Shown one piece after another: positions 1-10,387 of a stretch of 64,000 nt of DNA (within the stretch, counting starts at the first letter, position 1; the number at the start of each line of letters is the position of its first letter). The notes below the pieces were generated by a model, which did no database searches, was not told the DNA's origin, and saw nothing but the letters and a program-made list of their open reading frames with translations. The translations under genes and the position numbers were made by a program. This DNA is from an uncultured Rothia sp. GTDB lineage: Bacteria; Actinomycetota; Actinomycetes; Actinomycetales; Micrococcaceae. The DNA is taken from contig NZ_CAJZIE010000001.1 of NCBI RefSeq assembly GCF_916049665.1, positions 1,223-65,222 on the forward strand. The letters are read 5' to 3'.

Positions 1-856
1 AGACGAAAACGGCGTTGAGCTCTTCAACGATGGGGCCGGTGCAGGAGAAGGTCAGGTCCTTCCACTCCAAGCCCTTCTTAATGTTTTCGGGCATGTCGTA
101 GGAGCGGTGAATAGCGTTCTGCGAACCGGAGAACGCGACGCGTCCGTCCACGACGAGGACCTTGCGGTGGTTACGCAGGTCGGGTCGCTGCCACTTGAGT
201 TTCCACGGTTTGAGCGGCAGCATGAGGCGCCACTGCATACCCGAGTCGTTGAGCATTTTCACGAGTTTCTTATAGGACGGGTATTTGCGGGAGCCGATGT
301 GGTCGATGAGTACGCGCACCTGTACACCGCGTTCGTGGGCTGCGAAGAGGGCGTCCCAGAGGACTGCGCTCGCCTCGTCGTAGGCGGTGATGTAGAACTC
401 GAAGTGCACGTATTTGGTGGCGCGGTCGACTTCTTCCGCCATGGCGACCATTGCCTCGTGGTTGTCGGTGTGGAGGGTGAATTGGTTGCCGCCGACCAGG
501 GGGAGTGAGCCCAGGGTGTAGTTGAGCTGGCTGGCTGCCTTTGCGGGGTCGGAGAGGTCGTCGGTGCGGGTGAGGAAGGGCTTGTTCTCGCTGACTTCGC
601 GGATCAAGTCGTTCATGGCGTGTTGGCGTGCGCGGCGGTAGGCGGGCAGGCGCGAGGAGCCGAAGACGAGGAATGCGATGAACCCTACGAAGGGGATGAA
701 GAAGATGGCCATGAGCCAGCCCAGTGCAACCACGGGTTTGCGGTTGTAGGGGAGCCAACAGAGGGCTGCGAGTCGGATGAGGATATCGGCTATGCCGAGT
801 GCGAGGCGCAGCCAGTCGGGCAGGAAGTCGAGGGAGGTGGGGGCAAACAAGTTCAC
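1..856 (-). CDS. cls: cardiolipin synthase (phospholipase D family), N-terminal ~285 aa; 3' end runs past the window start
   Basis: Manual minus-strand translation gives N-terminal hydrophobic segments ('LALGIADILIRLAALCWL', 'GWLMAIFFIPFVGFIAFLVF') then an HxKxxxxD motif 'NHRKVLVVDGRVAFSGSQN' near position 150. Candidate GTG start at 854-856. Absent from the ORF track because no stop codon lies in the window. Confidence 0.7.
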   Translation of the reverse strand, partial: MNLFAPTSLDFLPDWLRLALGIADILIRLAALCWLPYNRKPVVALGWLMAIFFIPFVGFIAFLVFGSSRLPAYRRARQHAMNDLIREVSENKPFLTRTDDLSDPAKAASQLNYTLGSLPLVGGNQFTLHTDNHEAMVAMAEEVDRATKYVHFEFYITAYDEASAVLWDALFAAHERGVQVRVLIDHIGSRKYPSYKKLVKMLNDSGMQWRLMLPLKPWKLKWQRPDLRNHRKVLVVDGRVAFSGSQNAIHRSYDMPENIKKGLEWKDLTFSCTGPIVEELNAVFV

Positions 857-989
857 CCGTCTATTATGCCAGTATTTCGTGTGGGGCTTGGGAGAGCGGG
901 TTTGCCGCTTCGTATGTGATGTGTCGGTATTGTGTGCCAGCGGCGGGGCTGGAGTTTAGCTGGCTATGCTGTGAGCCTTAACGCTAAAA

Positions 990-1703
990 ATGCACTTGAG
1001 CATTGTGTGCAGTGGTGAAATAATTGCAGTTATGCAGAAAAAGGAACAGAGTCTTCGCGAACGCCGCCGCGAACAAACCTGGACGGCAATCCACGAAGCA
1101 GCCCTCAAACGCGTCCGCGACCACGGGATGCGCGGAACCACCGTTGAAGAAATCGCCCAGGAGGCGGGCGTCTCCCCGCGTACCTTCTTCAACTACTTCC
1201 CCTCCAAAGAGGACGCCGTCCTGGGTCTGCGTGAACCGGTGGTCAGCGAGGAAATCCTCGAAACAGACCGCGCCCACGAGGATGACAACACGATTATTCG
1301 TGTAACCCATCTTCTCTGGGAGGTCATTTTCCAGAGCTTCCACTACGCCAAGGGCAAGGACCCTCGAGCTCCCTATCAGGAGTTCCCCGAGTCCGCGAAG
1401 CGAATGAAAATGCACTACATGAAGTGCGAACAGGTGCTCACCGAGTACCTGAACACCATCGACTGGGTGGCTTTTGATGCTGCTGGTCGCCGCGGCCCCT
1501 TCCCGCGCCGAAACCCGGCTGACCCGCTGACCGATCACTTCCGCGAGCGATCGCGCGCAAAGGTCCAGCTTGCCTCCGCGGTGCTTCGTCAGCTGGAGTT
1601 TGCCCGCAACCTGGAGGACAAAGAGGATATCGCCCGCGGTATTCGCCAGACGGTGAAGACCTTCCAGTTCCTGCTTTTTGAGCAGAGTCGACCTGCAATC
1701 TAG
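990..1703 (+). CDS. TetR family transcriptional regulator (alternative start at 1032, 'MQKKEQ')
   Basis: HTH signature 'TTVEEIAQEAGVSPRTFFNYFPSKEDAV' and an all-alpha C-terminal domain. Lies directly upstream of an MFS efflux gene, the classic TetR/efflux pairing. Confidence 0.8.
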   Translation: MHLSIVCSGEIIAVMQKKEQSLRERRREQTWTAIHEAALKRVRDHGMRGTTVEEIAQEAGVSPRTFFNYFPSKEDAVLGLREPVVSEEILETDRAHEDDNTIIRVTHLLWEVIFQSFHYAKGKDPRAPYQEFPESAKRMKMHYMKCEQVLTEYLNTIDWVAFDAAGRRGPFPRRNPADPLTDHFRERSRAKVQLASAVLRQLEFARNLEDKEDIARGIRQTVKTFQFLLFEQSRPAI

Positions 1704-1844
1704 CGGCGGTTTACTACTGCAAACGGCAAAGCCCGCCGGAACCAAATCGGGGCGACCAAATCGGGGCGACCGATTCGAGCAACCGAATCAAGAACCTGGC
1801 GGACACATAACAGAAACATATAGAACGTAACTAAGGATTAAACG

Positions 1845-3572
1845 ATGAGTACAGAGGAAAAGAAGCTACCTCAGCCGCCAGCCGGTGAGACTAAGCAGGA
1901 AAGTAAAAACCGCATCCGCGCCATGTTCCTGGGCTTGGTCATTGTGATGCTCATGTCCTCGCTGAACCAGACGATTCTGGCGCCGTCGCTGCCCACGATC
2001 GTCGGTGAGCTTCACGGCGTGGAGCACATGAGCTGGGTGATTACCATTTTCATCCTGCTGTCGACGATTACGATGCCGGTCTACGGCAAGCTTTCTGACC
2101 AGTTCGGACGCAAGCCCTTCCTGATTTTTGCGATTGTCGCTTTCATGGCGGGTTCGGTTGTTGGCGCGCTCGCGCAGAACATGAACTGGCTGATTTTTGC
2201 TCGCGCCCTGCAGGGTCTGGGCGGTGGTGGCCTGATGATTCTTTCTCAGGCGGTGATTGCTGACGTGATCCCTCCTCGCGACCGAGGCCGCTACATGGGT
2301 ATTATCGGTGGCGTTTTCGCGTTCTCGTCGGTGGCTGGTCCGCTGATTGGCGGCTGGATTACTGAGGGCCCGGGTTGGCGTTGGGCGTTTTGGCTGAATC
2401 TGCCGTTGGCTATTTTGTCGATTCTCGCGGTGATTTTCTTGCTGCCGCACCGCCCGTTCCGTGAGCGTGAGAAGCACAGCATCGACTACCTTGGTTCGTT
2501 GATTTTGATGGCGGGTACGAGTGCGCTCGTGCTTGCTACGATCTGGGGCGGTAACCAGTACGAGTGGACGTCGCCGCAGATTATTGGTCTGCTGATTTTC
2601 TCGGTGGTTGCTGCGCTGGTGTTCATCCCGGTGGAGAACCGTGCGGCTGAGCCGGTTATGCCCATGTACCTGTTCAAGAACCGTAACTTCCTGCTGACTC
2701 TGGGTGCTTCGCTGGCGCTGGGCGTGGCGATGTTCGGTGCGGTGGAGTACATCCCGACCTATCTGCAGATGGCGCTGGGCGTGAGTGCTACGGTGGCTGG
2801 CCTGCTGATGATCCCGATGATGGGTGTCATGCTGGTGGTGTCGATTGTGACGGGCCGCGTGGTGTCGAAGACCGGTCGCTATAAGAGTTACGTGACGACC
2901 GGTACCGCGGTTGTGGCGTTGGGCCTGTTCCTGCTGTCGACTGTGACTGTTGAGACTCCGACCTGGCTGTTCTGTATATACCTTGCGGTGATGGGTGCCG
3001 GTCTGGGTATGTCTATGCAGTTCTTGACTCTGATTGTTCAGAATGCGTTCCCGGTGAGTGTGGTTGGTACCGCGACGGCGTCGAATAACTTCTTCCGTCA
3101 GGTGGGTGCTACTGTGGGTGCCTCGCTGGTGGGTGGTCTGTTTACCTCGCGTCTGACGTCGCTGATTTCTGAGCGTATGCCGCAGCAGGCGCTGCAGTCT
3201 TCGGGTAGCCATGCGTCTTCGTCTCTGACTCCTGAGCTGGTGGCGTCTTTGCCGGAGCCGGTGCACGGCATCATTGTGAATGCGTATAACGATGCGCTGA
3301 TTCCGCTGTTCCTGTACCTGGTGCCGCTGGGCCTGGTGTCTACGCTGCTTCTGTTCTTCATTCGTGAGGATGCGCTGGCGACGACCCTGGAGACTGAGCC
3401 GGCTGTTGATATTGCCCGTGCGGCGACCGGTGCGATTCCGGTAATTACTCCGGAGATGGCTGCTAAGGATGCGCAGGCTTTGAAGAGCATTCACGGCTCT
3501 GCTCGTGCTCGTATTGATGAGTCGTTGAGTTCGGAGGCTTCGCCGGATTCGGAGCCTAACGCTAAGAGCTAG
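1845..3572 (+). CDS. MFS transporter, DHA2 (EmrB/QacA-like) drug:H+ antiporter family, ~14 TMS
   Basis: 575 aa and highly hydrophobic. MFS motif 'GKLSDQFGRKP' and a long 14-TMS architecture typical of DHA2. Sits next to a TetR gene. Confidence 0.85.
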   Translation: MSTEEKKLPQPPAGETKQESKNRIRAMFLGLVIVMLMSSLNQTILAPSLPTIVGELHGVEHMSWVITIFILLSTITMPVYGKLSDQFGRKPFLIFAIVAFMAGSVVGALAQNMNWLIFARALQGLGGGGLMILSQAVIADVIPPRDRGRYMGIIGGVFAFSSVAGPLIGGWITEGPGWRWAFWLNLPLAILSILAVIFLLPHRPFREREKHSIDYLGSLILMAGTSALVLATIWGGNQYEWTSPQIIGLLIFSVVAALVFIPVENRAAEPVMPMYLFKNRNFLLTLGASLALGVAMFGAVEYIPTYLQMALGVSATVAGLLMIPMMGVMLVVSIVTGRVVSKTGRYKSYVTTGTAVVALGLFLLSTVTVETPTWLFCIYLAVMGAGLGMSMQFLTLIVQNAFPVSVVGTATASNNFFRQVGATVGASLVGGLFTSRLTSLISERMPQQALQSSGSHASSSLTPELVASLPEPVHGIIVNAYNDALIPLFLYLVPLGLVSTLLLFFIREDALATTLETEPAVDIARAATGAIPVITPEMAAKDAQALKSIHGSARARIDESLSSEASPDSEPNAKS

Positions 3573-3616
3573 GGTCTTAGCACTAGATGCGGAGGCGTTG
3601 CCTTCCTATATAAGTG

Positions 3617-3661
3617 GCGCCCCGGTGCGAGTCGTGTGCTCGTGTCGGGGCGCTGTTTTTG
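3617..3661 (+). terminator. rho-independent terminator after the MFS gene
   Basis: GC-rich hairpin 'gcgccccggtgcgagtcgtgtgctcgtgtcggggcgc' followed by TTTTT. Confidence 0.6.
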
Positions 3662-4088
3662 GCTGAGTTGCCTTAAATAGCGCGCTTAAGAGGTGTGCCT
3701 TAGTGCTTGGTTTAGGGGTTGGAAGTGTTGGTTTAGTCCCTTAAATAGTGGGTTTACGTGGTGTTTTGCCCCGTTAAAACGCTTATCGAAAAGGTTATTA
3801 CGTCCCTATGTCGAGAGAATTGTTTCCGATGTAAAATTTTCGTAAAAATTGTTAATCCGCCCCTTTTCCCCGGTATTCCGGGGCATTTTTTTACCCAGCT
3901 CCCTTTTAGCTTGCATACAGGCTGTTCTAAGGGGTGAAAGTGCCCAATGTGGGTTTGGTGGAAGTGTTACAGGCTATATAAGATAAAGTACATATGCTCC
4001 TAGTGACAGTCATCACGAAGCAGTGCGCTAGGACAGCATGACACACATGCCTTAACACCGACATCTACACAAGGAGGGGAACCGTCCC

Positions 4089-5084
4089 ATGTTTAGGTAC
4101 ATCCTCCAGCGATCGCTGACGTACCTCGTCATGGTCTTTATTACGACCACGATGGGTTACTTTGCAGCGGTTACTGCCCTGAAGCCTGCCCTCTTGGAGC
4201 AGGAAAAGGTTCCGAAGCCTAGCCCCGAGCAGGTGAACCGTAACTTCGCATCCCTGGGTCTCGATCCCGAAATGAACCCCTGGGACCGCTACGTTCAGTG
4301 GCTGACCAATGTGGTCACCAAGTTCGATTGGGGCCGTAGCCCCAACGGCGCGTACATTAACCAGGAATTTGGCCAGCGCGTGTGGGTTTCTACCCGCCTG
4401 CTGCTGGTGGCTACCATTCTCTCGATTGTGATTGGTATTGCCCTGGGTGTGTACTCGGCAGCTCGCCAGTACAAGTTCTCTGACCGTGTTATCACCGGTT
4501 ACTCCTACCTGGTCTACATCATCCCCGCTCCCGTTGCTTACTTCGTGGTGCAGCAGGGCGCGACCACTATCAACAACATCGCCGTTGCTAATGGTGGAGA
4601 GAAGATTTTCTATGTGACCGGTATTTCGACTCCGGGTCTGACCGGATTCTGGGAAATCACCATGGATATGGCGGCGCACTACGTCGTGCCGACCTTCTGT
4701 ATGACCATCTTCGGTTGGGCTGGTTACCAGATTGCACAGCGTCAGTACCTGCTCGATAACGTGAACGCTGACTTCGTGCGTACCGCTCGTGCTAAGGGCT
4801 TGACCCGTAACCAGGCGATTACTCGCCACGCACTGCGCGTCTCCTTCATCCCCGTGGCACAGTCCATCGCGTACCAGATTCCGATGATTTTTGCGGGTGC
4901 ATTCTTCGCCGAGACCGTCTTTGCATGGCCCGGTATCGGTAAGTGGTCGATTGACTCCATTTCCGCGCAGGACGTGAACGCTGCGACCGTGACCCTCGCG
5001 TACGGTTCTGCACTGTTCGCTGTCGGTGCGATCATCGCTGATATCGCTACCACCATCGTCGACCCCCGAGTGAGGATCTCATGA
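4089..5084 (+). CDS. oppB: ABC transporter permease, OppB/DppB family
   Basis: 331 aa with 6 predicted TM segments and an N-terminal 'ILQRSLTYLVMVF' typical of OppB/DppB. RBS 'aaggagggga' upstream. Start of a translationally coupled operon with the next two genes. Confidence 0.85.
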   Translation: MFRYILQRSLTYLVMVFITTTMGYFAAVTALKPALLEQEKVPKPSPEQVNRNFASLGLDPEMNPWDRYVQWLTNVVTKFDWGRSPNGAYINQEFGQRVWVSTRLLLVATILSIVIGIALGVYSAARQYKFSDRVITGYSYLVYIIPAPVAYFVVQQGATTINNIAVANGGEKIFYVTGISTPGLTGFWEITMDMAAHYVVPTFCMTIFGWAGYQIAQRQYLLDNVNADFVRTARAKGLTRNQAITRHALRVSFIPVAQSIAYQIPMIFAGAFFAETVFAWPGIGKWSIDSISAQDVNAATVTLAYGSALFAVGAIIADIATTIVDPRVRIS

Positions 5085-6082
5085 GTCAGGTAACTGCAAC
5101 TTCCTCCGTACCGGTGGTACAGGAGAACGGTGACTTCAAGGTCATCAACAAGAGCGTTATTATTCTGCGCCGCTTCCTGCGTAACAAGGCTGCAGTCTTC
5201 GGTCTGTGCGTGTTCATCGGCATGGGTCTGTTCGGTCTGTTCGGTAAGTACCTGACCAAGTACAAGCCCAACGACATTGACTACATGGCGCTGGGTGAAG
5301 GCCCCTCGGCCGAGCACTGGTTCGGTACCACCATCGCGGGTAATGACGTGTTCGCCATGATGTCTGAGGCCGTCTGGACCTCTCTCCAGATTGGTGTGGT
5401 CGTCGGTTTGGCCACTGTGTTCATCTCCGCAGTTTACGGTTGTGTGATGGCGTACTTCGGTGGCTGGATTGACAAGATTATGCTGTTCATCCTCGAGACC
5501 CTGATCATGGTTCCCTCGCTGCTGATTCTGGCAATTCTGATTAACGGTCAGGTTGGTAAGCAGATTCAGAAGAGCGTCCCCACCTGGGTTCTGCTCTCTG
5601 CAGTGCTGATTGCCTTCGGCTGGATGGGTAGCGCCCGTGTTATTCGTGCAATGGCGCAGTCCCTCATCAACCGCGACTTCGTGAAGGCTGCACGCTACAT
5701 GGGTGTGCACCCCTTCAAGATTGTGATGCGCCACCTGGTTCCGAACATTGGCTCCCTGCTGGTTCTGAACTTCACCAGCGGCATCATGGGCGCTGTGCTC
5801 TCTGAGGTCGCTTACTCCTTCATCGGCATCGGTATTAAGTACCCCAACTACTCGCTGGGCTCGCTGATTTCGGATGCTTCGCAGCAGATTAACACCCTGC
5901 CGCACATGTTCTGGTTCCCGGTTCTGTTCTTCTTCCTGCTGGTTGGTCCGCTGGCCCTCATGAACGACGGTCTGCGTGACGCATTCGACCCGACTTCGAT
6001 GTCGGTCGGTAAGATCAAGAAGTCCAAGAAGAACGAGAAGGCAGAGGCACCCGCTGCCGCTGCAAAGGAGGCGAAGAACTAA
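5081..6082 (+). CDS. oppC: ABC transporter permease, OppC/DppC family
   Basis: Overlaps oppB by 4 nt (ATGA). Polytopic membrane protein with the ABC-transmembrane-domain region typical of OppC. Confidence 0.85.
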   Translation: MSQVTATSSVPVVQENGDFKVINKSVIILRRFLRNKAAVFGLCVFIGMGLFGLFGKYLTKYKPNDIDYMALGEGPSAEHWFGTTIAGNDVFAMMSEAVWTSLQIGVVVGLATVFISAVYGCVMAYFGGWIDKIMLFILETLIMVPSLLILAILINGQVGKQIQKSVPTWVLLSAVLIAFGWMGSARVIRAMAQSLINRDFVKAARYMGVHPFKIVMRHLVPNIGSLLVLNFTSGIMGAVLSEVAYSFIGIGIKYPNYSLGSLISDASQQINTLPHMFWFPVLFFFLLVGPLALMNDGLRDAFDPTSMSVGKIKKSKKNEKAEAPAAAAKEAKN

Positions 6083-8175
6083 TGAGTACCTCTCCCGTTC
6101 TGAGCGTTAAGGACCTCAACGTCCGCTTCAATACTGAGAATGGCGTCGTGCACGCTGTTCGCGGTGTGAACTTTGACCTGTACCCCGGTAAGACCCTGGG
6201 TATTGTGGGTGAGTCCGGTTCCGGTAAGTCCGTTGCCTCCATGGCAATCATGGGTCTGCACCCGACTACCGCTGACATCACCGGTTCGGTCAAGTACAAC
6301 GGCACCGAGCTGCTGGGCTTGAGCGATAAGGAAATGTGCGCATACCGCGGCAAGGAGATCTCTATGATCTTCCAGGATCCGCTGTCCTCTCTGACCCCCG
6401 TGTACACCATTGGTGATCAGATTGCTGAGGTGCTCAAGGTCCACAACAAGGGCATGAGCAAGCAGGCTATCAAGGACCGTTCCATCGAACTGATGCGTAT
6501 GGTGGGTATTCCCTCGCCGGCTGACCGCCTGCGTTCCTTCCCGCACGAGTTCTCCGGTGGTATGCGTCAGCGCATCATGATCGCTATGGCGATTGCGAAT
6601 GACCCCCGCGTGCTCATCGCCGATGAGCCCACCACCGCACTGGATGTGACCATTCAGGCGCAGGTGCTGGAGGTTATGCAGAAGGCTCAGGATGAGACCG
6701 GCGCAGCGACCATCATGATTACCCACGACCTCGGTGTTGTGGCTGGTATGGCTGACGACATTCTGGTGATGTACGCCGGTAAGCCGGTGGAGATTGCGAA
6801 GGCAGAAGACCTGTACAAGCATCCCTCCCACCCGTACACCATCGGTCTGCTGGGTGCGGTCCCGCGTGTGGACCGTTCCGAGAAGGTCTCCCTGGTACCC
6901 ATCGAGGGTACCCCTCCGAACCTGATTAACCCGGTGACCGCGTGCTCCTTCCGCCCGCGTTGCCCCATCGCTAAAAGCGGTGGCCAGTGCTGCCAGGACT
7001 CCAACGGCGAGCCCGATCTGCAGCTGCTGGAAGGCGTTGGCGAGGGCCACTACTCCTCCTGCACCATCTCTCAGGAGCTGGTCGGTAAGACCGCAGACGA
7101 GCTGTACCCGGTTCCGGAACCCCCGGTATCGAAGTACGACGGCATCCCGCGTGAGGAGCGTGCCCCCGTCCTGGAGGTCCGCAACGTCAAGAAGCACTTC
7201 CCGCTCATGAAGGGTGCGCTGATTAAGCGCCGCGTGGGCACTGTGAAGGCTGTGAACGGCGTGTCCTTCGACATTCGCGAGGGCGAGTGCTTCTCCATCG
7301 TGGGTGAGTCCGGTTGTGGTAAGACCACCACCCTGCTGGAAATCATGGAGTTCAACAAGAACACCGACGGTGAGATTCTGATTAACGGAACCTCCACCAA
7401 GGACGGCAAGTCCGCAGGTGAGATTCTTGAGCTGCGTAAGAACCAGCAGATGGTGTTCCAGGACCCCACCGGTGCTCTGGATCCGCGCTTCACCGTTTAC
7501 GAGGTGCTGGCTGAGCCCCTGGAAAACCAGGGCATGAACAAGGCAGACATCAAGAAGCGCGTCATCGAGCTGATGCACATTGTGGGTCTGCAGCCCGACC
7601 ACGTGAACCGCTTCCCGAACCAGTTCTCTGGCGGTCAGCGTCAGCGTATCGGTATTGCTCGTGCGCTTGCCGTTAACCCTAAGCTCGTGGTTCTGGATGA
7701 GCCGGTGTCCGCACTGGACGTGTCCGTCCAGGCTGGTGTGATCAACCTGCTGGAGGAGTTGCGTGCAAACCTGGGCCTGAGCTACCTGATGGTTGCTCAC
7801 GACCTCGCGGTGATTCGCCACGCATCCGACCGCGTTGCAGTGATGTACCTGGGTCGTATTGTTGAGATCGGTGACGTCGACCAGGTGTTCGACAACCCGA
7901 TTCACCCGTACACCCGTGCACTGCTCTCGGCGATTCCGGTTCCGGATCCCGAGGTTGAGGCAAAGCGCCACCGCATTATGCTTGAGGGCGACCTGCCCAC
8001 TCCGGTGAACGCGCCTAAGGGTTGTGGCTTCTCGAGCCGTTGCCCGGTCTTCAAGCTGCTGCCTGAGGACAAGAAGCGTCGTTGCCTGGAGGAGATGCCG
8101 GAACTGACCCCCGTTGAGGGCCAGGATCACGGTTATGCTTGCTACTACCCTGAGGCTGAGGCCGCTACGGTGTAG
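6082..8175 (+). CDS. oppD: ABC transporter ATP-binding protein with two fused ATPase domains (OppD-OppF fusion)
   Basis: Two Walker A motifs ('GESGSGKS' and 'GESGCGKT'), two 'LSGGQRQR/FSGGMRQR' signature motifs, and Opp-type C-terminal Cys-containing extensions. Overlaps the oppC stop (TAATG). Confidence 0.9.
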   Translation: MSTSPVLSVKDLNVRFNTENGVVHAVRGVNFDLYPGKTLGIVGESGSGKSVASMAIMGLHPTTADITGSVKYNGTELLGLSDKEMCAYRGKEISMIFQDPLSSLTPVYTIGDQIAEVLKVHNKGMSKQAIKDRSIELMRMVGIPSPADRLRSFPHEFSGGMRQRIMIAMAIANDPRVLIADEPTTALDVTIQAQVLEVMQKAQDETGAATIMITHDLGVVAGMADDILVMYAGKPVEIAKAEDLYKHPSHPYTIGLLGAVPRVDRSEKVSLVPIEGTPPNLINPVTACSFRPRCPIAKSGGQCCQDSNGEPDLQLLEGVGEGHYSSCTISQELVGKTADELYPVPEPPVSKYDGIPREERAPVLEVRNVKKHFPLMKGALIKRRVGTVKAVNGVSFDIREGECFSIVGESGCGKTTTLLEIMEFNKNTDGEILINGTSTKDGKSAGEILELRKNQQMVFQDPTGALDPRFTVYEVLAEPLENQGMNKADIKKRVIELMHIVGLQPDHVNRFPNQFSGGQRQRIGIARALAVNPKLVVLDEPVSALDVSVQAGVINLLEELRANLGLSYLMVAHDLAVIRHASDRVAVMYLGRIVEIGDVDQVFDNPIHPYTRALLSAIPVPDPEVEAKRHRIMLEGDLPTPVNAPKGCGFSSRCPVFKLLPEDKKRRCLEEMPELTPVEGQDHGYACYYPEAEAATV

Positions 8176-8207
8176 CTCTAGAGTCGGCTGAATAAGTCGC
8201 ATGTGTG

Positions 8208-8251
8208 CCGAGGGGCGAATATTCGTTGAATATTCGCCCCTCGGGTTTTTT
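8208..8251 (+). terminator. rho-independent terminator after oppD
   Basis: Hairpin 'ccgaggggcgaatattcgttgaatattcgcccctcgg' followed by TTTTTT. Confidence 0.7.
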
Positions 8252-8604
8252 ATGCCCGGTATTGGTGGGCTGTACGTTGTTCGAGATTGTCACCTAGTGA
8301 GACGGTGCGAGCCGCAGAATGTGGCGCTAGGCACTGAAACCACCAAGAAAACAGGAAAAACTGCACTGACTAGGCGTAACCTTTCTCACCATTCAAGATA
8401 TGAATATTTATGGAAGAGCTTTCCTGCTGGCAGTAAGCCATAATTAAGCCTGTGGGTGCGCCGCTAGGGGCGTACCTCAAGGAACACATTCATAGACCGG
8501 CACTAATTCATCGCTCACCGCACCCTATTGCGGCGCATGAGCAGGGAATCCTTGACGCTTTCCTGCAGGATTATTGAGGGTCAAACGTATAAGAGGACAC
8601 TCTC

Positions 8605-10305
8605 ATGGAGAAGAATTTCATCCTGAACCGTCGTACCGTTCTCGGTGGCGCTGCAGCACTGGGTACCGTGGGCGTACTGGCTGCGTGCGGCTCGTCCAAG
8701 GACTCCAAGGCAACCACCAAGGGTGCAACCGTGGGCACCGATGCCAAGGAGCTTTATGACCTTGGCGAGGCCGCTGTTTCTGAGCTGAAGGATGGCGGCA
8801 CTCTGCGCCTGGCTGTTCCGGGTATTGGTCCGGACTTCAACCTTTTCAGCGCGGACGGCAACTCCCTGTACACCCAGACCGCTATGAGCCCCGTGGCTTA
8901 CGCAGGCCTGTGGCAGGGTGACCCCCTGGGTAAGCGCACTCTGGCTCCCGAGTTTGCGAAGAGCTTCGATGTCGCCGAAGAAAACGGTCTGCCCGTCGTC
9001 TCCATTGAGCTGAACCCCCAGGCTAAGTTCAACGATGGTACCCCCATCGACTACAAGGCTCTGCAGGCTACCTGGAACATCCTCAAGAGCACCGATGGTG
9101 ACTACAAGGTCGGAAGCAGCGGCATCTACAGCAGCATTGCTTCCGTGGATCGCGACGGTGATGACTTCAAGGTGAAGGTAACCTTCTCCGCACCTTACTA
9201 CCCGCTGAATACCCTCTTCGCTGGCATTGTGCACCCGGCTCTGCTGGACAAGGAACTCTTCAACACTGGTTTCGTTGACAAGCCGCACCCCGAGTACTGG
9301 GTTGGCCCCTTCACCATTGCTGAAGGTGGTTGGAACTCGACCGAGAAGACCCTGACCCTGACCCGCAACGACAAGTGGTGGGGCGAGAAGCCCGTTCTGG
9401 AGCGCATTGTCTTCCGTCAGATGGATCCCGCTGCTGAGCGCGCGGCATTCAAGAACGATGAGCTTGATGCGATTGGTGCTACCACCGCTTCCGCATACAA
9501 GGAGCTCAAGGACGTTGCTAACATCGAGATCCGCCGAGGCTCTCGCCTGTTCTCCGGTGGCGTGACCATGAACCCCGCCCGCATGCAGGATGTTGCTCTG
9601 CGCCGCGCTGTGGTTACTGGTCTGAACCGTGAGGCTCTCGCCAAGGTTCGTTTCCAGGGCCTGGATTACGAAGAGAAGCTTCCCAACTCGATGATTCACA
9701 TGCCCTTCAACGAGTACTACCAGGACACCTACCCGACCCCGAACAACGATGCTGCTGCAGCATCCAAGATTCTGGAAGATGCAGGCTACACCAAGAACGG
9801 TGAGTTCTACGAGAAGGACGGCAAGCAGGCTGCCTTCAAGTTCTCCATCTTCGGTGAGGATCCCACCTCCAAGGCTGTCGGTCAGACCCTGGTTCAGCAG
9901 CTGAAGTCCGTAGGTATTAATGCTGAGCTCGACTCCCGTGCTGTTAGCGAGTTTAACAAGACCATGGCCTCCAAGGACTACGACGCAACCTCCTCCGGTT
10001 TCGCTCCGAGCTCCCCGGATGCTACCGAGGCTACCGAGCAGTTCTACATGCGCCGTAAGCCTGAGGAAGCCGGTTCCGATGAGATCAATGAGATGATCGC
10101 AAAGATGAAGCTCATTGCTGACGACAAGGAACGCAACCAGGCTTGCAATGAGATCGAGAAGAAGCACCTGGCTGAGTTCGCAGTGCTGATTCCGCTCATG
10201 AACGGCCCCGAGTACAAGTTCGTGAAGAAGGGTCTGCGCAACTACGGCGTGTCCCTCTTCCAGGGCACCGGCATTCACTGGGAGAAGGTTGGTTGGGCTA
10301 AGTAA
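8605..10305 (+). CDS. ABC transporter substrate-binding lipoprotein, family 5 (peptide/nickel/opine type), paralog 1
   Basis: RBS 'aagagga'. Signal 'NRRTVLGGAAALGTVGVLAACGSS' is a twin-Arg-like lipobox. Conserved family-5 motifs 'KFNDGTPI' and 'NDKWWGEKP'. Confidence 0.85.
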   Translation: MEKNFILNRRTVLGGAAALGTVGVLAACGSSKDSKATTKGATVGTDAKELYDLGEAAVSELKDGGTLRLAVPGIGPDFNLFSADGNSLYTQTAMSPVAYAGLWQGDPLGKRTLAPEFAKSFDVAEENGLPVVSIELNPQAKFNDGTPIDYKALQATWNILKSTDGDYKVGSSGIYSSIASVDRDGDDFKVKVTFSAPYYPLNTLFAGIVHPALLDKELFNTGFVDKPHPEYWVGPFTIAEGGWNSTEKTLTLTRNDKWWGEKPVLERIVFRQMDPAAERAAFKNDELDAIGATTASAYKELKDVANIEIRRGSRLFSGGVTMNPARMQDVALRRAVVTGLNREALAKVRFQGLDYEEKLPNSMIHMPFNEYYQDTYPTPNNDAAAASKILEDAGYTKNGEFYEKDGKQAAFKFSIFGEDPTSKAVGQTLVQQLKSVGINAELDSRAVSEFNKTMASKDYDATSSGFAPSSPDATEATEQFYMRRKPEEAGSDEINEMIAKMKLIADDKERNQACNEIEKKHLAEFAVLIPLMNGPEYKFVKKGLRNYGVSLFQGTGIHWEKVGWAK

Positions 10306-10352
10306 GTCCTCATCCCTTCACCTCCTAGGTGAATAGCCTAGAGCTATTGAAA

Positions 10353-10387
10353 GTGTCCACCCGGATTATCCGGGTGGACACTTTTTG
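10353..10387 (+). terminator. rho-independent terminator after SBP paralog 1
   Basis: Hairpin 'gtgtccacccggattatccgggtggacac' followed by TTTTT. Confidence 0.7.

Noticed and set aside
107-508. 133-aa plus-strand ORF at the window start.
   Set aside because: It is antisense to the cardiolipin synthase reading frame, which shows HKD-motif homology. It has no recognisable domain.
1866-3494. 542-aa minus-strand ORF antisense to the MFS transporter gene. Similar long antisense ORFs occur at 6079-8202, 8581-10278, 10579-12267, 12760-13509, 15276-16670, 16993-18729, 22043-24295, 26128-27327, 30661-32880, 34102-36414, 43379-44992, 49241-50710 and 50912-51931.
   Set aside because: High-GC genomes produce long stop-free antisense frames. 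Their translations are Arg/His/Gln-rich low-complexity strings with no motifs, whereas the opposite-strand genes have clear family signatures and proper RBSs.
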